Positions 8,310 to 13,784 of a stretch of DNA of 13,784 nt are shown here, in pieces. The position numbers were made by a program, and so were the translations under genes. Numbering within the stretch: the stretch's first letter is position 1; each line of letters starts with the position of its first letter. Origin of the DNA: Deltaproteobacteria bacterium (lineage in GTDB: Bacteria; SAR324; NAC60-12); contig JAYOTF010000058.1 of assembly GCA_038150265.1 (NCBI GenBank), forward strand, positions 1 through 13,784, written 5' to 3'. The notes under the pieces are model-generated. The model was not told the origin of the DNA. It did not search any database and saw nothing but the letters and a program-made list of their open reading frames with translations.

Positions 8310-8338
8310 TTGCAAAAACAAGATGCAACTTATAGTCT
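8310..8338 (+). promoter_or_regulatory. Candidate sigma-70-type promoter for the fliN-like gene
   Basis: TTGCAA (8310-8315), a 17-nt spacer, then TAGTCT (8333-8338); about 115 nt upstream of ATG 8455. Confidence 0.3.
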
Positions 8339-8454
8339 TGCCGAAACGCTAAGAATGCGCAACTTGCGGACCCTCTCTCAAACTCCTGAAGCTGTCTTTT
8401 CTTCAGCCCCCTGTGTGCAAGGAAGGCATTCCCAGAGGATTTTCCAAGGAAACC

Positions 8455-10500
8455 ATGCCCGCTGACGAATTTGATCTGAACGACCTCGACGATCTTTCTG
8501 CCGACGATTTTGACGGGCAAGAACTTCCGGATGCCCAATTTCCGGGCGAAGGAGACGAAATCGAGTCGTTCGACTTCAGCGCGGACGATGACGACTTCCT
8601 GGAGGACGCCCCCGCAGAAGAAGAAGACGCGGGCGATTCCGGACTCGGCTTTGAAGGGTTTGAAGCCGCCCTGGCTGAAAGTGAAGGCACCCCAGAACCG
8701 GAGCCCCCGGAGCCTGAGGCGGAAGAGGTTGAAGAAATTGATGATTTTGGAGACGAAGAAGAGGGCATCCCCGGCATGGCCCTCACCGAAGAGGGCGATG
8801 AGGACCTCGAAGCCTTTGCAGCCGATGCTGAACTCTCCGATTTTGCTGAAGAAAGCGGGCTGGACGACCTTCCCGATGAAGCAGGCCTGAGCTTTGATGT
8901 CACCGGAGACGATGACGACCTGAACTCCGGAGGCGTCTCGGCCAAGCCCCTGAAGCCTGCAGCGGCCGCCGCCCCGGCCGAAGAAGTCCCCGCAGAAGAA
9001 GAAGCACCGGTTGCCGAGCTTCCTCCGGAAGCCCCTGACGAGGCGGTCCTCAGCGAGTCCGAGGAAATCGAGGGGTTGGACGACCTCGGTGACATGGGCG
9101 ACCTCAGCGACCTTGAGGAGCTGGGAGACGCCGCTGAAGAAGCTCCTGCGCTGGAGCCTGTTGCTGAAGACCCGGGGTCAGGCGATCTTCCGGAGGCAGA
9201 AGCTGCCGATTTTGACCTTGAGGAAGCCGACGGCTCTGGACTGGACGACCTTCCGGAAGCCGAAGTTGCAGACTTTGAGCTTGAGGAACCCGAACCCATT
9301 GACCTGGAAGAGGAGCCCCTTGAAGTCCCGGAGGAACCCGCTTCAGAGGAAGCCGCCGCTGTTGAGGGGGTGGACGACCTGGAGCCCGCGGAGGAAGCCT
9401 TCTTTGAGGAGCCCACGGATGAGCTGATGGACGCAGAGCCTGCGGCGCCTGCTGACCTGGGCGAGTTTGATGACGAAGACGAGCAGCTCATCGAAATCCA
9501 TGCGGAAGAGGAGCCCCTCGAAGACGAGGCCGCAGAGCTGGAGCTGACCGACGCGGAGCCGGAGCTTCCGGACGAGGAAGAGGCCTTCTCGGAGGAAGAC
9601 CCCCTTGCCTTTGAAGGAGCCTCCCTGGCTGAAAGCGACGTTCCTCCTGATGCGCCGGAGTGGGAAGACCTGGAGACGCTTCCAGACGAGGAATCCGAGC
9701 TGCCCGAGCTGCCGGAAGAGGAGCCCGAGCCGGCGGATGCTTCCGGAAGTGAGCTGGAAGACCTCGAAGCCCTGGAAAATCCTCCTGACCTGCATGTGGA
9801 ATCGGCTGACCTTGAGGACCTTGAGGAAGGCGCCCCTGACCTGCCTCTCTCACTTGATCAGGAAGAGTCCAGCCTGGAAGACCTTCCGGATGCATTTGAA
9901 GGCGAAGACCCCTTTGCCGAGGAGGCTCCCGACCTGGACGCTCCGGAGGCCATTTCTCTTGAGGAGCCCGAGCTGACAGAGCCTGAGCCTCATGAGCTGG
10001 AGGATCCGCCCCTGGAGGCCAGCGCTGAAGAGGAAGCCGCCGCCCAGGATTCAGAGCAGCCCCCTGAGCCTGAACTTGAACCCCCGCCTGAGGCCGACCT
10101 TTCGGCCCTGGCAGGCGCCGCCAGCATTGTCGCCGTCGCCGGAATGGCGGTCTCGGCTCGTGCCCCGTTGGACCCGGAAGCCCTGCGCTACGGAGGTCCT
10201 TCCCAACACCCCAACGTTCCAGTGGAGAACCAACCTATGTCTCAACCCAACTCCCCTGCAGCCTCTGGCTCCGAGGTGTTGCTGAACTTCCAGCACGAAG
10301 TCGTGGTGGAGGTGGCCCGAACCAAACTTACGGGTGAAGAGATCACCCAGATCACCTACGGCAGCGTGATTGAGCTGGACAAGCTGGCAGGTGAGCCGGT
10401 CGAGCTTGTGCTGGACGGCAAGACCATCGCACACGCCGAGGTGGTCCTCATCAACAAAGAGCGCCTTGGTGTGCGCATCATTGGCATCATGCAGGACTGA
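8455..10500 (+). CDS. FliN/SpoA (FliMN_C)-domain protein with a very long acidic, Pro-rich low-complexity N-terminus (681 aa)
   Basis: C-terminal VVVEVARTKLTGEEITQITYGSVIELDKLAGEPVELVLDGKTIAHAEVVLINKERLGVRII matches the FliN pattern (GSVIELDKLAGEP..IAxGEVVVV..GVRI). ATG 8455 has AAGGA upstream. Residues 1-548 are dominated by D/E/P/A/L. Confidence 0.88.
   Translation: MPADEFDLNDLDDLSADDFDGQELPDAQFPGEGDEIESFDFSADDDDFLEDAPAEEEDAGDSGLGFEGFEAALAESEGTPEPEPPEPEAEEVEEIDDFGDEEEGIPGMALTEEGDEDLEAFAADAELSDFAEESGLDDLPDEAGLSFDVTGDDDDLNSGGVSAKPLKPAAAAAPAEEVPAEEEAPVAELPPEAPDEAVLSESEEIEGLDDLGDMGDLSDLEELGDAAEEAPALEPVAEDPGSGDLPEAEAADFDLEEADGSGLDDLPEAEVADFELEEPEPIDLEEEPLEVPEEPASEEAAAVEGVDDLEPAEEAFFEEPTDELMDAEPAAPADLGEFDDEDEQLIEIHAEEEPLEDEAAELELTDAEPELPDEEEAFSEEDPLAFEGASLAESDVPPDAPEWEDLETLPDEESELPELPEEEPEPADASGSELEDLEALENPPDLHVESADLEDLEEGAPDLPLSLDQEESSLEDLPDAFEGEDPFAEEAPDLDAPEAISLEEPELTEPEPHELEDPPLEASAEEEAAAQDSEQPPEPELEPPPEADLSALAGAASIVAVAGMAVSARAPLDPEALRYGGPSQHPNVPVENQPMSQPNSPAASGSEVLLNFQHEVVVEVARTKLTGEEITQITYGSVIELDKLAGEPVELVLDGKTIAHAEVVLINKERLGVRIIGIMQD
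9184..9287 (+). repeat. Degenerate 63-nt (21-aa) internal tandem duplication in the acidic region
   Basis: DLPEAEAADFDLEE (9184) and DLPEAEVADFELEE (9247), DNA offset 63 nt. A related SGLDDLP motif occurs near 8855. Confidence 0.7.
10224..10239 (+). promoter_or_regulatory. Candidate internal ribosome-binding site and in-frame ATG for a short FliN isoform (10237-10500, 87 aa)
   Basis: GGAG (10224-10227), then the A/C-rich spacer AACCAACCT (9 nt), then ATG (10237), in frame and 13 codons before the FliN domain. Confidence 0.45.
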
Positions 10501-10502
10501 TT

Positions 10503-11459
10503 ATGCTTCATCATGACACCAGCGAGCTCGAGGTCGAGCCCTACGAACTGGTTGAGGCGGAATACGAAACCGGCCGGTTTCCGTGGATGGATGTGGTCTC
10601 TCGGCGCTGGGCCGCCCTGTTGGAGACCACGCTCTATGAGCGCCTGGGGCTGCTCTTTGAGATCGAAGCGGAGCAGGTGGTGTGGATGCGCTTTGCCAAC
10701 CTGATTCAGCACGTCCGGGCTCAGCCCATTTACATTGTGGACATCAACCAGCTGGCCAAGGGGCTGCTCATCCTCGACAACGCCTTTGTGCAGTCCACCA
10801 TGCAGTCTCTGCTTCCGGAAGCAGGAGAGCTGGTGCTGGAAGACTTCATGATGCAGCACCATGCGGCCCTGCAGGACCTGCTGAATGCGGCAGCCAAGGA
10901 CTTTGAAAACAGCTGGACCCACATCAGTGACTTCCAGATGCGCTTCAAGCGGGTCACCACCAGCCGTCACCGCGCCCGGGTGCTGCTGCCCCATGAGCGC
11001 TGCCTGGTCCTCCGGCTCAAGTTTCAGGCTCAGGACACCGCCACCGCTTCCGAGGTCATCCTGGCGCTGCCGTTTACGGCCATGCACAAGACGCTCAACC
11101 GCCTGGAGCCGCTCCGGGTGTTGGCCCCCGAGTCGGTGGAGCCCTACTATGAAAGCGTGGGGCACCGCATGATGAACCTGCTGGAGCAGACCCATCACAA
11201 CCTGGTCAGTGAGTTGGGAAAGGTGGACTTGCGGCAGACCCGAGGGGCCCTCAAGGTGGGGCAGGTGCTACCGCTTCAGAACAACGGGGGCAAGGTGACG
11301 GTTCGGCTCAATGGACGCCCCACCCTGATTGGCAAGATGGGGCAGTCCAACAGCCGCTACGCCGTTCAGATCCTTGGTTGGGAGCCGGCGCAGAAGAGTT
11401 CGTCGCTCAAGCAGCAAGACCAGGCGTTTCAGCCCATTGACCTTCCGGAAGGCCAGTAG
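10503..11459 (+). CDS. fliM: Divergent FliM-like protein (CheC-like middle domain plus C-terminal SpoA domain)
   Basis: VEPYEL..GRFPWMDVVSRRWAALLETTL..MRFANLI aligns with FliM VRPYDF..GRMPTLEIINERFAR..MKFGEF; KDFENSW and VILALPF also fit. C-terminal SpoA LVSELG..LKVGQVLPL..VTVRLNGRPTLIGKMGQSNSRYAVQI. AGGA lies 7 nt upstream and the ATG is 2 nt after the fliN-like stop. Confidence 0.8.
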   Translation: MLHHDTSELEVEPYELVEAEYETGRFPWMDVVSRRWAALLETTLYERLGLLFEIEAEQVVWMRFANLIQHVRAQPIYIVDINQLAKGLLILDNAFVQSTMQSLLPEAGELVLEDFMMQHHAALQDLLNAAAKDFENSWTHISDFQMRFKRVTTSRHRARVLLPHERCLVLRLKFQAQDTATASEVILALPFTAMHKTLNRLEPLRVLAPESVEPYYESVGHRMMNLLEQTHHNLVSELGKVDLRQTRGALKVGQVLPLQNNGGKVTVRLNGRPTLIGKMGQSNSRYAVQILGWEPAQKSSSLKQQDQAFQPIDLPEGQ

Positions 11460-12834
11460 CCCTCCACTCGGCCTCGAGCCAGTCAGCGGGGGTGGCGCTG
11501 GCCGCAAAGCGTTCCAGCACCCCCTCAGCCGGCACACGGCCATCTTTGGTGAACTGCTCGAAGTAGGGCAGCAGCCACTCCTCATCGGCACTCCCCAGCG
11601 CTTCCAGCGCAATCTCGACCAGGCGCTTCCCAATGGCCTCCAGCGAGAGGCTCCCGACCGTGCCCTGCAACGCGTCGCGGGCCGCCACTTCCCGGAGCAG
11701 CGGGTAGGCGTCAGCGGGCAGGTCCAGCAGCAGCGACTCGGCGGCGGCAATGCCAGACTCTTCATACACCAGCCCCTTCAGCAACGCCGGAATGGCAATC
11801 GCCCACTGAGGAGGCAGGCTGTCAAAGACCCGGACCTCAAGGATGTTCTTCAGGCGGATGTCCGGAAACAGCATGCCCAGGTGCGCTTCCCAGTCCTGCC
11901 ACGTCGGCACAATGTCCGGGTGGCTCCCCTCCAGCAGGTTCCGGAAGGCATGGTCGGCGGTCCACACCAGCTTCCCCTCTCGGGCCAGCAGGTAGGGCGA
12001 GGCATCCAGGGCCCAGTTGACGTAGTCTTCGGCCTTGAACTTCGGATCCAGGAAGGGAGCAGGAAGCCCGGAGCGGGTCCGGTCGGTGTCAGACCAGATG
12101 TGCGTCCGGAAGGAGAGGTAGCCGCTGGGCGCCCCCTGAAGGAGGGGACTGTTGGCAAAGAGGGCTGCCAGAAACGGCGCTGCCCGGTTCAGGAGCACCA
12201 TCTTGCGTTCCAGGTCTTCCACTGAGTGGTAGTCCAGATTGACCTGAACGCCACTGGACGCCTTCATCATCCACCGGCCCAGGGTGCCGATCCGTGGCAT
12301 GTGGTCGTACATCACCCGGTAGCGGTGCTTGGCCAGGAAGGGGAGCTGATCAGGGGTGAAGAAGGGGTGGGCGCCCAGGCAGATCATCCGGCCTGAGACG
12401 CTGTCCAGCCCAGCCTGCATGCGGACGAGGTGTTCATTGAGCACCTGGGCCACCTGCGCCAGCTCTTCCCGGGGGGCATCCGAGAGTTCCAGCTGCCCTC
12501 CGGGTTCCACCGTGATGTTCCAGCCCTGCGGCTGCTGCACGCCCAACAGGAGCCGCGAGCCATCTTCCTGCAGTTCCTCAATGCGGGTCCAGGCTTCCTC
12601 GCGGGGGCCCTGGTGCCTGACGGTTTCCAGCACATGCTGCACCCCCTGCTCCTCGCCCATCGGCAGGGGCGCCCAGGGCAAGGGCGTGCCTGGGGGAAGC
12701 TCCCGGTGGGGGGCCGTGCTCGCGCTGGGCACCACGGCAAAGTTTTCAAATTCCAACCCGAGCAGGTCACGCGGAGGGTGGGTACGGCGAGAGATCAGGT
12801 CTCGAAAGTAGGGGGCAATTTCAGCAACATGCAT
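11407..12834 (-). CDS. gshA: Glutamate--cysteine ligase (GCS2 family, plant/alphaproteobacterial type)
   Basis: Motifs GLEFENF, ITVEPGGQLELS, KHRYRVM..MP..GTLGRWMM..SGVQVNLDY, ALFANSP, SFRTHIWSDTD..RSG and HLGMLFPDIRLKNILEVR. Start ATG 12834 (TTG 12843 possible). Confidence 0.92.
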   Translation of the reverse strand: MHVAEIAPYFRDLISRRTHPPRDLLGLEFENFAVVPSASTAPHRELPPGTPLPWAPLPMGEEQGVQHVLETVRHQGPREEAWTRIEELQEDGSRLLLGVQQPQGWNITVEPGGQLELSDAPREELAQVAQVLNEHLVRMQAGLDSVSGRMICLGAHPFFTPDQLPFLAKHRYRVMYDHMPRIGTLGRWMMKASSGVQVNLDYHSVEDLERKMVLLNRAAPFLAALFANSPLLQGAPSGYLSFRTHIWSDTDRTRSGLPAPFLDPKFKAEDYVNWALDASPYLLAREGKLVWTADHAFRNLLEGSHPDIVPTWQDWEAHLGMLFPDIRLKNILEVRVFDSLPPQWAIAIPALLKGLVYEESGIAAAESLLLDLPADAYPLLREVAARDALQGTVGSLSLEAIGKRLVEIALEALGSADEEWLLPYFEQFTKDGRVPAEGVLERFAASATPADWLEAEWRATGLPEGQWAETPGLAA

Positions 12835-12904
12835 ACAGGCCAATCCAGGAAGCCCTTTGAAGAAAACAGTCCTCGGTACTCAGCACCGGGGATTCGGAGA
12901 AAAT

Positions 12905-13543
12905 TCAGGTCACCCATCCCACCATCGACCGACTCAGAGAGGAAATCCAGCTAAATGCACTGAACCCCGGGAGCAGCATGCTCACCACCACCAACCCCAG
13001 CAGCGCCTGAGACCCAAAGCTCAGGTTCCAGGACTCATACCGACGCCTCAGGTCACGAGGCAGGAGCTGCGGCAACACGTAACTGCCATCCAGTGGTCCC
13101 AGCGGAATGAGGTTGAACAGGCAGAGGTTGAAGTTGATGAACATGAACCAGAACAGCAGCTCGTCCAACGGCACCCCCAACACCATGAAGACTCCAGCGC
13201 CGGCAAAGACCTGCCAGAGGACGCCTCCGGCAATGCCCAGCAGGAGGTTCATGCCCGGACCCGCCGCCGCCACATAGAAGTCGGCATTGTGGACCCGGAA
13301 GTTGCGGGGGTTGACCGGAACCGGTTTGGCGTACCCGAATCCCACCATCAGCAGCATCAGTGCGCCGAAGGGATCCAGGTGAGCCAGGGGGTTGGTCGTC
13401 AGCCGCCCCATCATCTTGGCCGTTGTGTCCCCACACCAGTTGGCCACCAACGCATGGGCAAACTCGTGCAGGCTCAGCGCAAAGATGAGGCAAAAGATCA
13501 GGATGATCAGCAGTTGAGGTTGGTCCAACAAACGAAGCAGCAT
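12905..13543 (-). CDS. Site-2 protease family (peptidase M50) intramembrane zinc metalloprotease
   Basis: Motifs LSLHEFAH (HExxH), GRLTTNPLAHLDPFG, GYAKPVPVNP, VAAAGPGMN and FNLIPLGPLDG. ATG 13543 is preceded by GAAGGTG; the ORF-track extension to 13771 does not look protein-like. Confidence 0.94.
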   Translation of the reverse strand: MLLRLLDQPQLLIILIFCLIFALSLHEFAHALVANWCGDTTAKMMGRLTTNPLAHLDPFGALMLLMVGFGYAKPVPVNPRNFRVHNADFYVAAAGPGMNLLLGIAGGVLWQVFAGAGVFMVLGVPLDELLFWFMFINFNLCLFNLIPLGPLDGSYVLPQLLPRDLRRRYESWNLSFGSQALLGLVVVSMLLPGFSAFSWISSLSRSMVGWVT

Positions 13544-13784
13544 CGCACCTTCACCGGGAGATTGTGGGGAATGACTCGTTAGTCCACGGTACCACAGCCG
13601 GCGGGAACAACAAGCCTTCTCGGCAGGCACCGGAGGGCCAGCAGGCGCAGGAATCTGGCGGATTGGGGGTCGGAGGGACGCTGCCGCTGGAAAAAGGGGC
13701 GCTCTCCTTCCAGAGAAAGGATCGGTGCTGGGCCTGACTACGTTGCTTGAGGAGTTCAGAGGCGTTCTCATCCATTCGGTTCCT

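Noticed and set aside
8494..8514. LSADDFD in the FliN-like N-terminus as a relocated CheY-binding LSQxEID peptide
   Set aside because: It lacks the Gln and the following ALL, and such matches are expected by chance in acidic low-complexity sequence.
8215..8538. Short ORFs in the divergent intergenic region (8215-8538 minus, 8250-8465 plus)
   Set aside because: They overlap the FliN-like start, fall in lower-GC promoter-like DNA and show no motifs.
8403..9491. 362-aa Ser-rich minus-strand ORF
   Set aside because: Reverse complement of the Glu/Asp codons of the FliN-like gene; compositional artefact.
8455..10098. Repetitive DNA as a CRISPR or other nucleotide-level array
   Set aside because: No fixed-length identical repeats with unique spacers; the repetition follows codons of the acidic protein.
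13544..13784. N-terminal extension of the M50 ORF to 13771, the 74-aa ORF 13551-13775, or a possible ncRNA
   Set aside because: The translations are Pro/Ser/Arg-rich without motifs, a good RBS and ATG exist at 13543, and no RNA family or convincing fold was recognised. The region is cut by the window edge.

Overview
GC-rich bacterial window with three transcription units; no rRNA, tRNA, CRISPR or intact mobile element was seen. (1) A tightly coupled minus-strand operon (8151 to 224) encodes a TPR protein with a 14-Pro tract, an ExbD/AglS-like membrane protein, a long RelA/SpoT homologue with an intact HD hydrolase but degenerate synthetase motifs, Tex, and a GDPD. (2) Divergently, on the plus strand, lies an orphan pair in fliN-fliM order. 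The first gene is a 681-aa protein with about 548 acidic/Pro-rich low-complexity residues fused to a FliN (SpoA) domain, with a candidate in-frame internal start that would give an 87-aa FliN. The second is a FliM-like protein lacking both the CheY-P-binding and the FliG-binding GGxG motifs. (3) A convergent minus-strand pair encodes an M50 site-2 protease and a glutamate-cysteine ligase. The best candidates for undescribed biology are the repurposed FliN/FliM pair and the hydrolase-only RSH coupled to an orphan ExbD-like protein and a TPR scaffold. All family calls come from motif recognition by eye; no database search was run.
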